64,000 nt of DNA. Origin: Eledone cirrhosa (Eukaryota). The stretch covers positions 156,922,001-156,986,000 of the forward strand of contig OZ024743.1 in the NCBI GenBank assembly GCA_964016885.1, in the 5' to 3' direction. Numbering within the stretch: position 1 is the stretch's first letter; every line of letters starts with the position of its first letter. The translations under genes and the position numbers were made by a program. The notes beneath the pieces are model-generated. The model did no database searches. It was not told the origin of the DNA and saw only the letters and a list, made by a program, of their open reading frames with translations. Shown piece after piece: positions 40,740 through 54,394 of this stretch.

Positions 40740-42138
40740 CATGCACACATATATATATATATATATGTGCGTATGGGTTTACCGAACATGTATTATAATG
40801 TTCGGTTTGTTTGTAAACAAACAACCTGAATTATTAGCCGTAGTGTTCGGCAACCATCATTGACCTTTTGTTCAACACTGACAAAGTGACGATGAACTAG
40901 TTTCAATCTTATTAGCTATCATCACCATCGTATACTTTCCTGTCAGATGATTGAATGTTTGAAAGTATATACTTTCCTTATGCATATTAACGGCTGAGCA
41001 GCCAAATTTGTAGATCGAGTGAGGTAATCGTCTGGGCGTACAGGAAACGATAAATCGAAAAGAATGAAACGAAGTTTCATTTCTCACTATTAGTACGGCT
41101 GATACTTAAATATATACGTACGGGTTTAACGAACATTTATTATATTGTTCGGTTTGTTTGAGGATAAACAGCCCGAATTACGCCGTACAATGTTCGGCAA
41201 CCATCGTTGCCCTTTTGTTCGATAAACCCATACGTACATATATATATGTACGTAAACGCATACGTACATGTATTTAAGTATCAGCCGTACAAAGAGTCAG
41301 AAATGAAATTTCGTTTCATTCTTTTCCATTTATCGTTTTCTGAACGACTGGCCGAATAACTCACTCGATATTCAAATTAGGCTGCTCATCCGTTAATATG
41401 CATAAGGAAAGTATATACTTTCAAACGTTCAATCATCTGACAGGAAGGTATACGATGCTGACGATAGCTAATAAGCTTTAAACTAGTTCATCGTTGCTTT
41501 GGCAGTGTTGAACAAAAGGGCAACGATGTTTGCCGAACAATGTACGGTGTAATTCGGGCTGTTTGTTTACAAACAAACCGAAAATTATAATAAATGTTCA
41601 GTAAACCCATACATAAATATATATATATATGTGTGCATGTATGTATATATACACATACTACTGTACGTCTGTATACATATATGTATGTGCGTATACATAC
41701 TTACATTTAAGTATCAGCCGTACTAAGAGAAATTAAATTTCGTTTTATTCTTTTCCATTTATAGTTTTCGGTACGCCCGACCGACTAACTCACTCGATAT
41801 GCAAATTAGGCTGCTCAGCCGTTAATATGCATAACGAAAGCATATACTTTCAAACGTTCAATCATCTGACAGGAAGGTATACGATGCTGACGATAGCTAA
41901 TAAGCTTGAAACTAGTTCATCGTTCTTTTGTCAATGTTGAACAAAAGGGCAACGATGGTTGCCGAACACTGTACGGCGTAATTCGCGCTGTTTGTTTACA
42001 AACATACCGAACATTATAATAAATGTTCGGTAAACCCATACGTACATATATATATATATATATGTGTGTGTGTGCATGTATGGCTATATACACATACTAT
42101 TGTACGTCTGTATACATATATGTATGTACGTATACATA

Positions 42139-42141
<3 letters not shown>
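40578..42141. mobile_element. Inverted plus tandem array of about 429-nt HHR-containing units (retrozyme-like family R2)
   Basis: Minus-oriented block 40578-41222 and plus-oriented units 41226-42141. HHR positions 40889-40931(-), 41452-41494(+) and 41881-41923(+). Confidence 0.8.
41881..41923 (+). ncRNA. Minimal type I hammerhead ribozyme (R2)
   Basis: acgatg-CTGACGA-t-agct(aata)agct-t-GAAA-ctag-TT-catcgt. Confidence 0.85.
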
Positions 42142-42224
<83 letters not shown>

Positions 42225-42430
42225 TATGTATATATATATATATATATTAGAAATGGGTACTACTGACTAGAACAGTTTCATTCTGGAGATATCATTAGGA
42301 AGCCCAATGATTTCTCCCGAATGAAACAGTTCTAGTCCTGTAGAAGCCATTTCTATATTAAATATTTATACTCTGCTATGTATTGAGTACTTTACTTATT
42401 GTGGTTACCCCCGATTGAACACGTGATACA

Positions 42431-42523
<93 letters not shown>

Positions 42524-42553
42524 ATATATATATAGAAATATATATATATATAG

Positions 42554-42599
<46 letters not shown>

Positions 42600-42817
42600 A
42601 TTTTGTGCTTTCTTTGCAAATTTTTGCAATGACAACACATACTGAATTCTTTCGCAAAAACTAGGGATTTTCTCCCCTTTGGATTTCACATGTGCTTTGG
42701 ACACTGTGGGATCTTGGCGCACGCTGAAGAAAATACCTTTTGAGAAATTCATATCCTTGTTCGATCATTATACTAAAAGTTTATTATTTTTTATAAGCAG
42801 ACAGTATTATTGATTTA

Positions 42818-42919
42818 TCCCGCCGAGGTTGACTTTGCCTTTCATCCTTACGGGGTTGATAAAATAAAGTACCAGTAATGCACTGGATAATTGCTGGCCT
42901 TGTGCCTAAAGTAGAAACA
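42818..42919 (+). mobile_element. 5'-truncated SINE with a 12-bp TSD
   Basis: attattgattta at 42806-42817 and 42920-42931. The empty site is in the duplicate near 43524-43535. Confidence 0.85.
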
Positions 42920-43626
42920 ATTATTGATTTAGGTGTCGCGAAACCCTATATCGGATTATACAATCATTCCCGAGGGTCCGGGTAAATATTTCAATCAAAT
43001 CTTATTTTTGTTTCACCCGCTTAGCTTGCTCGCTTTTTGGGCCTCGGTAGTTAATGGCTTCTTAACAATCCTCTCAGTTTTGTATGACCTTTTTAACTTA
43101 TGTTTATAGCTCTGGTATATCCATATCCATTGAGCGCTCGCCAACACAAATGGGAAGTTGCGTTTCATAATTTCTACTCGCCGAAATGCGATTCTCGGTC
43201 AATGTATATTTCCATTAATCTCTAAAGTCTAGCAATTAACCAGTTAATTTTTTTGATTTTTTTAGTTAATTCTATTGACTGATTAATCGCCTAAGTTTAT
43301 TTTAAAAACCACTCGGTTGAGAGCTATTTCGTTTTGTGCTTTCTTTGCAAATGTTTGCAATGACTACACATACTGAATTCATTCACAAAATCTAGGGGTT
43401 TTCTCCCCTTTGGACTTCACATGTGCTTTGAACACTGTGGGATCCTGGCGCACGCTGAACAAAATACCTGTTGAGAAAGTAATACCTTTGTTCGATCATT
43501 ATACCAAAAGCTTATTAATCAGTATTATTGATTTAGGTGTCGCAGAAACCCTATATTTGAGCGCTCGCCAACACAATTCTGAAGTTGCGTTTCGCTAAAT
43601 TCTACTCGCCGAAATGCGATTCTCGC

Positions 43627-43665
<39 letters not shown>

Positions 43666-43728
43666 CGAGAGAACGCTGGAAGGTAATATCCGTAGTGGTA
43701 GAGCACTCAGTCAATGTGACAAGTTAGG

Positions 43729-43943
43729 TAGAAGTGGTTATACAACAGTTTGTTCACCATACCGAGAACAATTGTTTCACCTTAGCGGATCCTCAGCTCG
43801 TAATGGACATGGTTATACGGAACGGGAAGAACAACCGGTTGTCCTTCACATACCGTATAACCATGTCCTTACGAGCTGAGGATCCGCTAAGGTGGAACAA
43901 TTGTTCTCGGTATGGTGAACTATCTGTTGTGTAATCACTTCTA
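43729..43943. repeat. About 210-bp near-perfect palindrome carrying two inverted HHR motifs
   Basis: Arms 43729-43820 and 43852-43943. Confidence 0.9.
43763..43800 (-). ncRNA. Minimal type I hammerhead ribozyme
   Basis: cgag-CTGAGGA-tcc(gctaa)ggt-GAAA-caattg-TT-ctcg. The plus-arm copy at 43872-43909 has GGAA in place of GAAA. Confidence 0.7.
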
Positions 43944-44144
43944 TATATATATATATATATATATAAATGTGTGTGCGTGTATATATATATATATATATAT
44001 ATACGTGTGTGTGTGTATGTAGAAGGTGCGTAGTATTGTAGAACAATAAAACTATGCATATAGAGATAAGTAGTACTCAACAGTTGGTAGAACTGGATTA
44101 TATATTAAAGAAGAGATTAAAAGATGGTTAAAAAAGTTCCATAT

Positions 44145-44212
44145 ATTTTATTATGCGCATTTCGAAAACAACATCATCCTGGGACAAAAATTATGTTCTC
44201 ATCAGATAAAAT
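44145..44212 (-). ncRNA. Type I hammerhead ribozyme
   Basis: attttat-CTGATGA-gaacat...atgttgttttc-GAAA-tgcgca-TA-ataaaat; 7-bp stem I and palindrome ATGCGCAT. Confidence 0.8.
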
Positions 44213-44327
44213 AAGGTAACATTATATGAGGCCTAAAAACACTTGTCAATGATGTTGTTTTCACAATATATGGAACTTTTTTAACCATCTTTTAATTTCT
44301 TCTATTATATATATATATATATATATA

Positions 44328-45920
44328 TTTCGTTTCTGAATTTGTTTAGCAAGATTCTTTATCTGAAAACGTGTGTTGAAACCGATATTGTTATACTTTG
44401 GGAGGGTCATGTTGCCAATAAGAAACACACGCACCAATAGCTTTCACTTCAATTTATTATAATAAATTTATAAGTTTTCGGTTGGTTGGTTGGTTCCACA
44501 ACCAGATGGTTTTTTATATATTGTCAAAGTTCTTTCGTCACACATTCTGTGACCTCTTCAGTGACTGGGGGTTCTTTTCTTTGTTTTTTGTGCCTCTCCT
44601 TTGTTCTGTCCTAAGCCATCTTGTTTTTGTGTGTGCGTTGTGTGCTTAGTTTGCGCATGTCTTACATTCGGGTGTCTGTGTGTGTTTATATTCGTTTATT
44701 TATTTGTTTATTTACATGTTACTGGTTGGTTGTTTGTTCTATGTGCGTGCGTGTTTTCATTTTGTCCTTAATTGTAGGTTGTGATGTTTCTGTTCCACTC
44801 ATGTTTTCTATTTAATTTTGGTTGTAATTCATTTATGTTTATTGCCTCTGTGATTTGTCTAATCATTGCGTCTTTTCTGTGTGTAGATTCTATTTTGATT
44901 TATATGTTCTCTAATTTACCCTTATGTTCTATGTTAGCATGTTGGTAGAGTACAGATGATTCTTTACTATCTTGAAGGTCTCGCCAGTGTTCATTTATCC
45001 GTTCCCCTATACTACGAGCTGTCTCACCTATGTACACTATATTTTTTTCTCTACATTGTCCTTCAGTACATCTTATGCTATATACTACATTTATAGTTTT
45101 ACAGTTAATATGGGGGCTTAATTTACAGATTATACATTTCTTATCTATACAGGGAGGTTTTTGAAAAGGGTATGTCTTGCTAATAAGTGTTTTTGTGGAG
45201 GTACCTGGTCTTTCTACTATCTTAATATTGAGTTTATGTTTATCTAGGGCCCTTCTAAATTTGTAAGCTAATTCACCTCTAGGGGTTGTATCGATGAACA
45301 TTACACTCCGGTATTTATTGTTATCATACCATGAGTTTATTCTATTAACCTTATTCCTAGTTCTTTCTATTCTATTCCAAAATTTTCTCCTATACAAGGG
45401 GCAGGTCCCATTTGTGTCATTATTTACCATTTTTTCCCATTTGGTTCTGGCTCCTCTATACACTCTGATTTTATCTCCTGACTGGAATTAGAGAAAAACA
45501 CAATGGAAAGCATCCAGCAAATAGATAACTCCATCCACCAGAGTATTAGAGTTACTATAGACTACCCAAGCAAACACCCCAACCATCGATTACCTGTACT
45601 AGACACAGAGCTCTGGTTAGATACCATTAATAACAAAAAACAAATCCTCCATTCCCATTATGCCAAACCCATGACTTCCAAATATCTGATCCACCGAAAC
45701 TCAGCTGTTTCGGACCATACCGAAATCAACATACTGATTGCGGATTTGGTACGGGTGATGAGAAACGTGTCCCGCATGTGCAACCCCGAAGAAATAGAGA
45801 GACACATACAGCACTTCATACACCGTATGCAGTTCTCTGGTTAAGATCAGAGAGATAAAAGCAGAGTGTATAGAGGAGCCAGAACCAAATGGGAAAAAAT
45901 GGTAAATCATGACACAAATG
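44328..45920 (-). mobile_element. PLE family A copy with an inverted 5' segment
   Basis: GIY-YIG ORF 44900..45463(-), pseudo-LTR 44328-44800, and RT-thumb segment 45490-45920 on the plus strand (LPVLDTELW..HYAKPM). Confidence 0.85.
44523..44565 (-). ncRNA. Type I hammerhead ribozyme (PLE family A)
   Basis: gtca-CTGAAGA-g-gtcaca(gaatg)tgtgac-GAAA-gaac-TT-tgac. Confidence 0.75.
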
Positions 45921-47118
45921 CTTGAAAGATATGATGAGCAGCAACTTCGACAGGAGCCTGCTATTCAACCACTGGCCTCACTGTATGACTGCGAAGAAGA
46001 ATTTCGAGTCCAGCTTTGCTGTGGGAGAGTCTCGCACAGACGCTGTATGACAACGCCTTGGAGGAACTTCGCTGTCTGGAAATTCAATGCCTTTTCTCAG
46101 ATTTTTACATTTTCGTATGCGATTCGAGATGCTTCAAAAGCAACTTTCTTCCTCATGTACAGTCTTTCTCCATACATTACGATCAGTAGTTACGCTTTCC
46201 CATGTTACAGCAATGATGTTAGCGTCTTTTAAAGAGGCTTTCAACGAATCGATATGCCTCATTTTTGGTTTATGTGGAGGTCGTTTTCCTTTAACTAACT
46301 CTCCATAAATGAGTTGTTTCGGTATTCTAGAATCCTTCATCCTGGCAAGGTGACCACTCTATCGGAGTCTTTGCTTAAGCACAAGAGCTTCTATACTTTC
46401 ACACAGAGAGCTTTCCAAAATCTCAAACATCACTGATGTGGTTCCTCTAGTGGCCATGGATCCGTCTGAGGCACATCTGATGGAAACGCTCCAATTGTTT
46501 AAGGTGGTGTCGATATGTGACCCAGTTCTCGCTGGCATAAAGAAGAGAAAAAAAGCACACATGCCTTGTACACCTTTAGCTTTGTCTTCTTGCATATATC
46601 TTACCGACGCCAGAGGCGCCCTTCTAGCTTTCCGAAAGCATCACTTACTATCCTACTCCTGAGTGGAATGTCATTATCAAGATTGTTGTATCGATTGACA
46701 GTGCTTCCGTGGGAGACAAACTAATTAAACACTCCAAGTCGTTTACCATACAAATAGATGTTTGGTCACTTGTGCAGTATACCAGGGGCAGGTTGGTACA
46801 TGACGGTTTTCTTGAGACTGATAGTCAATCCTAAGGCAGTGCATTGCACCAGAAAATGCATTAAAAATGTGCTGCATGTCAATCTCTGTGTTCTACGAGA
46901 TCGCAATCATCTGCATACAAGAGGTATCGTAAATCTGTTCTTTTGCTGGAGCATGTTTTGTTAACACACAGATTTAGTTCCTCACACATCTGCAGTAAGA
47001 GCATACCATTGCTGTTACACTTTCCCACCCTATGCCTTCCGATTACATTCCATGTGCTAAAATCCCTACCCACTCTAGCATTAAAGTCACCAAGCACAAT
47101 GACCTTGTCTACCTTGTA
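45920..47118 (-). pseudogene. Decayed, internally deleted RTE-clade LINE
   Basis: VLGDFNARVG..GKCNSNG (APE), LLYADDC (RT), and RMKDSRIPKQLIYGEL..GKRP. Confidence 0.85.
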
Positions 47119-47703
47119 TACATACATGGTGTTTGCCAACTGGTTTTCGAGTACGGCCACTACTTTATATCCATGTAGGAGAACCCCTACCGATGCGCTG
47201 AACAAGTGTGACATTTTAGTCCAGCCAGCGACTTAAAAACTCTGGTACAAACACTGGTACAAACTCTGGTACAAACTCTGGTACAAACACGACAATTATT
47301 GACACATAGTGCTGGGTCCATGGTACCATGTGACGATAAGTGCAGAGAGATCTCCATATATAAAGCAATGCCTGTGCTGTGAAGCTTTTATAGTGAGCAA
47401 AGGCACTGCACAAAGCCAGTCCCACTCTCTTAACCAAGATTATATTTACCAAAAAGAAGAACATGTCAACATCATTGGATACCATCAGGATGGCAGGTGT
47501 TATATCAGAGTTTTCCTTCTCCTAGAATTCTGCCTTGACAAAGGCTAAGGGGCCATCTCTCCCGGTGATTTTGGATGGCCATTGACTCTTTAGAGCTCCT
47601 TTGCCCTTTCACAGGTTTTGTTTTTAGTCCTGCAGGATGTCCAAAGTCACCCTCCTCACCAAGAAACCTTGGTGGGGTTGCCAGTTTAGTCGGCATACAT
47701 ACA

Positions 47704-47736
<33 letters not shown>

Positions 47737-48342
47737 GGTGGCTGCCAACTCGTTTTCGAGTACAGCCACTACTTTATATCCATGTAGGAGAACCCCTACC
47801 GATCCGCTGAACGAGTGTGACTTTTTAGTCCAGCCAGCGACTTGAAAACTCTGGTACAAACACTACACCTGTGACAATTATTGACACATAGTGCTGGGCC
47901 CATGCTACCCTGTGACGACAAGTGCAGAGATCTCCAGATATAAAGCAATGCCTGTGTCGTGAAGTTTTTATAGTGATCAAAGGCACTGCACAAAGCCAGT
48001 CTCTCTCTCTTAACCACGATGATATTTACCAAAAAGAAGAACAAGTCAACATCATTGGATACCATCAGGGTTGCAGGTGTTATATCAGAGTTTTCCTTCT
48101 CCTAGAATTCTGCCTTGACAAAGGCTAAGGGGTCATCTCTCCCGGTGATTTTGGATGGCTATTGACTCTTAAGAGCCCCTTTGCCTTTTGACAGGTTTTG
48201 TTTTTAGTCCTGCAGGATATCCAAAGTCACCCGCCTCACCAAGAAACCTTGGTGGGGTTGCCAGTTTAGTCGCCAATGACCCGACCATGAGGCAGGTTGT
48301 ACTGGGATACATGTTACCAGTAGCACCAACTGGTGACCTGAC
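47119..48342 (-). mobile_element. Two head-to-tail copies of a non-autonomous RTE-derived element of about 620 bp
   Basis: 47119-47695 (5'-truncated) and 47730-48342, separated and flanked by (CATA)n. The 3' part retains CSVCTRVFKSLAGLKSH. Confidence 0.7.
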
Positions 48343-48759
48343 ACATACATACATACATACATACATACATACATACATACATACATACATACATACAGTT
48401 GACGCGATCAGTCGCACATTTTGGCATGGGAGACTGTTACAAACAACATGAGGGTTCAAGCATTAACAAAAACAACTTACAGAACACAAGTAGCGAGAAC
48501 AATATACCGAAAAAAAGCAATGAGAACTGTAAAAAGATTTTATTTAGTTGTAGCTACAGAAGAAACCGAAATCATAAATCGCATTTCTCTTAAAATGATG
48601 TGGCTATATGAATGGAATGAAGCTACACTGAGAGGAAAATCATCGAGAGCTAAATTACTTCACAGCCAAACAATTACGCCAACAAGCATTTGTTGAACGT
48701 AAAATAAACATAAATATTATTAATTATAAGTCCCCCAGAATAAACATTAAGTCAATACC

Positions 48760-51425
48760 ACGTGCTTTAGGTCACCATGCTACTAGATCTTTTAGCAGAC
48801 AGGTAGAACAGTCCCTTGAAACAAATATGCCATTCTCGCCACATTCATCTACTCTTTAGCAGCACTTCTCTCTCCAGGCAGACCTTCCTTTCCAGGTGAA
48901 ACTTGAAGAAGTTGAGGGATTGGCCGAAGAGAAAAGGGTATGTTTTCAGTCCTTTCAACCACGTCCAGCATACAACCTCTTTCGAAACTGCAACCAGACA
49001 GAGGGATATTTCCTGCCCTTCCTGGCCAAAGGAGGGCGGTGGGTGGATCTTCGCTATGGACGGCCGATAGCCGGATCCGCTCTAAACACGATAACAGCTG
49101 TTCGACATAACTCCACAAGTCAGTAATACACAGACACTGGACGAGTGCGTGCAGAACGGTTTCGTTGCTCTGCGCGCGTCTCGGGCAGGTCCGTCTGGCA
49201 GCATTTCTGTGCCTGTAGAATTTATCTGGAACCGGCAATGCGCCCCGGCAGCACCCGCCAACCGAGGGATTTCTGGAAGTTATCCAATGTACCCGGCTTG
49301 AAAGTCTTCCGGAACAGACTGGTCAGTTTGATTTCGTCGACGCCCAGAGCCTCTTCGACTGCTTCATCGCAACTTGCTCACCGCTAATCCTCGATAAATC
49401 TCGAGAGTAGAAGTTCCACCGACTACATTGCTCGCCTGTTAGAGGGAATTGAGCGCCTGACCAGATTCCAATGTGCCAAACAGTCAGTCTCGGTCTCTTC
49501 TCAGCCCATGACTGCAGCTCAGTCAAAGACACGAGCTGCGGAAAGGTCCGTATGATAAATGGTGGCCACATCTGTTCACCGTTTAGGCAGAATATCTGGA
49601 GATTCCGCAGCCTCAACGTATGTATGCACCGCATTAGCCACGGCATGCCCAGCCCTCCGCCTACGGGGTGCTGACAGCAGATGGACCGCCTCACCAATGG
49701 GACGTGTCCCCTCCACAAGAATTTGAAGGGGATCTGTTCCAGCTTGGCGAGGCGCGGATGGGGGAATGACACGAGGATCAGGCGGTAGTAGATGACGGAC
49801 GCGATGTACGCATTCGTCACCACCGCCCCACCTTTCAGTGATAGCTTCCTCGCAGGCCATTTCTGTGTGAGACTGGCTACCTTGCCCGTCACCTCGTCCT
49901 AGTTCTCATCCACCTGGAGATCTGGTCCGAACCAAAGCCAGAACAATTTTACCCGTCCGTCAGTCCAGCACCCAACGGCGCTGTGGGACGGCATGGATAT
50001 GGCTCTCCAGGTGCTGAGCTGAAAGCCCACCGACTTTTCCGGGTTAAGTTTCGCTCCCGTCAACCTTTCATATTCCAATAATGTGCCGACACAATCACGG
50101 CTATGTCATCCGTATAAGCCGACACAGCCTTTCCACTGACTTGAAGAGAGCCTCCATGTACCGATGATCGACCCTATGAAATGCTTTCGATTGATCTAAA
50201 TTGATCAGAGCCCCACTGAAGCCAGGTTTGCACCCTACGCGCTCTATGATATATCGTATGAGGTGGAGGTTGTCATCTATGGAACTAGTCGGGAATGTAC
50301 GTCTCCCCAACCAAATCCTCGACGATTATGGGCCTGCAGTTGGCTCATGTTCTTGTCTTATATAGTCTTATAAGTCTGGCATATTTACGTAAAGCTCATA
50401 ATGCAGACCATCGAAACCGAGTGACTTGCACCTCGTACAGCCGAGAAGTGCATCCTGAATTTCAACTGATGTAATCGGCCTTTCGCAGCGCCCAACGTCG
50501 TCCATCGAGAGGCACGGCATGCCGTCGGGGTAGGGGCTGAAGTCCACTAATCTCTCTGACCTACCACTCTCCACGAATAACCGAGGAATGTGCTGGCGAA
50601 AGGCTTTGCACATCCGCTTGGAATCTTGCAGCTCGTGTCTGTCTCGGTCCATCAAAGACTGAATTGTGGTTTTATTACCACTCAGCTTCCAGCAACCAGG
50701 TCCTAACCTACGCGTCTCATCTAGATCGACCATGCAGATCACAAACTTGTGATCTGAACAGACGACCGTTTTAAAAAGTGGGCAGCCTACATTATTTCTA
50801 TTTATTTTCCTAATGAAAATCCTGTCTATATACGATCTAGATTAACCTATGCGGTTGATCGAGGTCCACACTGGCGCATTAGGGAAAACTAGTCGGTACC
50901 TGTCGGATAGTTGGAACTGACTGATTAGGTACTTCAGGCTTTTGAAAGCCTGCTCCTATCAGTTACTCCCACACAATTCCAGTGTATCTCTAAGGTTCCG
51001 TTCCAGGCCCCGCTGACAGTAAAGAGCAAGACGTACCGAGAAAGGCTTCCATGTGCCTAAATATCCGGCCGTTCGGCCCCAGTAGGGGCGTAGACGGCTA
51101 CAAGGCTAAAGGCACCAGCTTCGCTGTGTTCATGTCCAGGCCCACCAACTTACCGTACGGCACCCGGAAAATCGACCTTACCTCGACATCCAGGCCATTC
51201 CTAAACAGCACTGCCACCCCACCTCCCATTCACGGCCGACTAACAGATTCGAAGATCAGATAGTCGTCGAAAATGGAGGCTAGTGCGTGCGTGTCGGAAA
51301 TCTAGGTCTCGCTGACGGCAATTGCAGGAATTTCCAGAGACTTGAGGTCGTTCAGCAGGTGACCCTGTTTCCAGGCTGACCCAGGCTAAGAACATTTAAA
51401 CTTCTTTCTCTTACTATGGCCATGT
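48760..51425 (-). pseudogene. Decayed Tx1 ORF2 copy from a different subfamily
   Basis: AWKQGHLLNDLKSL, LINLDQSKAF, TQKWPARKLSLKG and ETVLHALVQC. Deletions and frameshifts. Confidence 0.9.
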
Positions 51426-52031
51426 TGGGAAGCTAAAAGAGAGAGGTGAGTTTTACTTACCTCCTGGGGTTTTGTGAAGATTGGGTGGTTCGACCTCCGT
51501 GGTTGGTGGGGTATCTATTCCAAAATATGTAATATCGTAGTTTCTATAATATTATGTGCATGAATTATAACCAAGGCACCCTTAAATCCAATGGCCGTTA
51601 ACAACACTGCTATTGTATCTAAAATATATGCTTAATGAAAAACACACTTTTTCCTAGTTTCCATCATTCTACTTTGGATTATATATACAAGAATGTGTCA
51701 CGTTATATATTTCTATATGAAAACATGTCTCTTTCTTTGTCCGTCTGTTTATGGATTACCAAATTTCCGTTTTCTTTACTTGTTTGTCAATAGGTCGATT
51801 GTAATATCTTACGCGTTTTTAATGCTTCTCTCGCTCCGTATCTGACAGCATGCCTACCTATCTCTCTAAATCCAGAATGTTGGGAAAGAGTGGGATTATA
51901 TTTCTTCAGAACTCTGTCTTTAGCAATATATGATAATAATATCTTTCAAATATGTTGTTCTACCATAAACATGCTGTTCTACCATAAAGACTCGCATAGA
52001 CACATTCACGAAGAAGCTATCAAACACACAC

Positions 52032-52118
<87 letters not shown>

Positions 52119-52469
52119 TATGAGAGTATGTGTATTCATATATACACATACATATATGCATACCTACCTACCTACATACATACATGTATGCATGCATACG
52201 TATGTGTGTGTCAGTGTAAGAGAATGAAATTAAAAAAGAAAGAATGAGAAATAAAGTTGAGCTCAAGGAAATGTTTCAAATAAGCATGGATTAAGATACA
52301 TTAAATATTTCAGTACACCTGAGTGTACTGAATGACGTACGCAAAAAATTCTTAATGAATTAAAATTCGCCGCAAGGTGTTTTTTTCTGTTTACTTACTC
52401 AAACGAAAAGGAATATTTTAATTCATTACGAAGATATTACTACGTCATTCTGTTCATCTCTAATGCTTG

Positions 52470-52585
<116 letters not shown>

Positions 52586-52715
52586 CAAAAGTTCTATTTA
52601 AATTGTTGGGATACAACAAGCAAATATTTTTATAACTGATATAAAGCACTCGACAAATATTTGGAGTAGATATACGATATTAATAAATGGAAACTATATT
52701 TATAAAACCATATTT

Positions 52716-52778
52716 ATTTCATTATATATATTTCAAGGATACCAAGTTACATTATGGTATGCCTTCATCAGACAAAAT
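52716..52778 (-). ncRNA. Type I hammerhead ribozyme (family B variant)
   Basis: Reverse complement of 54395-54457. Confidence 0.7.
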
Positions 52779-54394
52779 ACAATATATAACAGTTTTATAA
52801 ATAGACATTGACGTACCCTTTTAAAAATTGACCGTTGCTTTTGGAGGCCATTAGGATAGTGGTTTGTTTACTTTAGTAAGTCATAGTGTTAAGAGTAAGT
52901 AAAAAGATGGAGAGAGAGAGAGAGAAACGTGGAGAAAAGAAAGGGAGAGATAGATAAAGAAAAAGAAGAAAGCAAAAAGAAAAGAGAACAGAGGAAAAAT
53001 AACGGGGAGATATCAAACCATCAGACAGAGAAAAAATCCAGAGAGAGATATATAGAGATAGAGAGAGGGGGGAGAGAACGAAAACCTTAAGTTATGTCAT
53101 ATTAATTATGATTAGATATTTAGTTTAAAAATTGAGATCAATATATTAAAAATTGGAATTTAAACATTATAAAATATATATATTGCTAGAGAGATTATCT
53201 ATCGTATATTACATACACATAGGCAAAGGTACATAAATATATATATATACACACTCACTCAGAAAATACACATTATATCTACTCCCGCATATAATATACA
53301 CATACAAAGCATAAGTGTTTTTTTATTTATTGCTATACATTCCTTGTGTTATTAATTAAAAATTAAAAATGTTTAGTATATATATATAAATATATAGGAT
53401 TAACTTTCATGCATTTATGGCTGTTAAGTTATGCATATCTGCAATCAAAAACTGCATGGGTAAGCCTGTACATTCACATCCATAATTCTTAGTTATACAT
53501 GAATAGATATGTGTGTGCATTTTCAATTGATATACACGCGTCACTCATGCATATATACAGACAGACATATAATCATAAAAAAGCATATAACACATGTATA
53601 TGTATGTCAACACACACATATAGATACATAAGCCGTACATAGACATACGTATACATCAATATATAACATAGTACAATTGAGTATATAAAATACAAAAGGA
53701 TTATATTTTGGACATATAATTATATCAATATAACTTAAAAGGCAAACGAATTCTACAAATATCAAAATACTAAAATAACCCAAAATATTATATAATATTT
53801 TAAGTTAAAATAATATGTTTAATATATTTAGTATAGAAATTTATCTTACGTATATTTTAATCAAGATATTGAAAGAACAAACTTTTGAAAATTATGAGAA
53901 GCTATCAGAATAAAAAATAAATCTAATAAAAATTATGAGAAGCTATCAGAATAAAAACAAATATAATAAAAAATAAAAAATAAAATGAATCTAATAAAAA
54001 AAATAAAATAAAATGAATCTAATAAAAAATAAAATATTATATCAATATAACTTAAAAACAAGAATTCTACAGATATTAAAAAGTTTAAAAATAAAAAAAT
54101 AAAAAAATAAAAAAAATGTTTTTTTAAATTTTAAAAACTCTTAAAATATTATAGAATATTTTAAGCTAAAATAATATGTTTAGTATAGAAATTTATCTTA
54201 CGTATATTTTATTAAAGATATTTATCTATCTCTCCCTTTCTTTTCTCCACGTTTCTCTCTCTCCATCTTTTTACTTACTCTTAACACTATGACTTACTAA
54301 AGTAAACAACCCACTATCCTGATGACCTCCAAAAGCAACGGTCAATTTTTAAAGGGGTACGTCAATGTCTATTTATAAAACTGTTATATATTGT

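Noticed and set aside
48255-48342. HDV-like ribozyme at the 5' end of the RTE derivative
   Set aside because: It has ccagt/actgg, CTAA and small hairpins, but I could not assign P1 or P1.1. It needs a descriptor search.
53880-54110. Short AT-rich direct repeats as a CRISPR-like array
   Set aside because: They are irregular local duplications in a eukaryotic repeat, with no constant repeat-spacer period and no cas genes.
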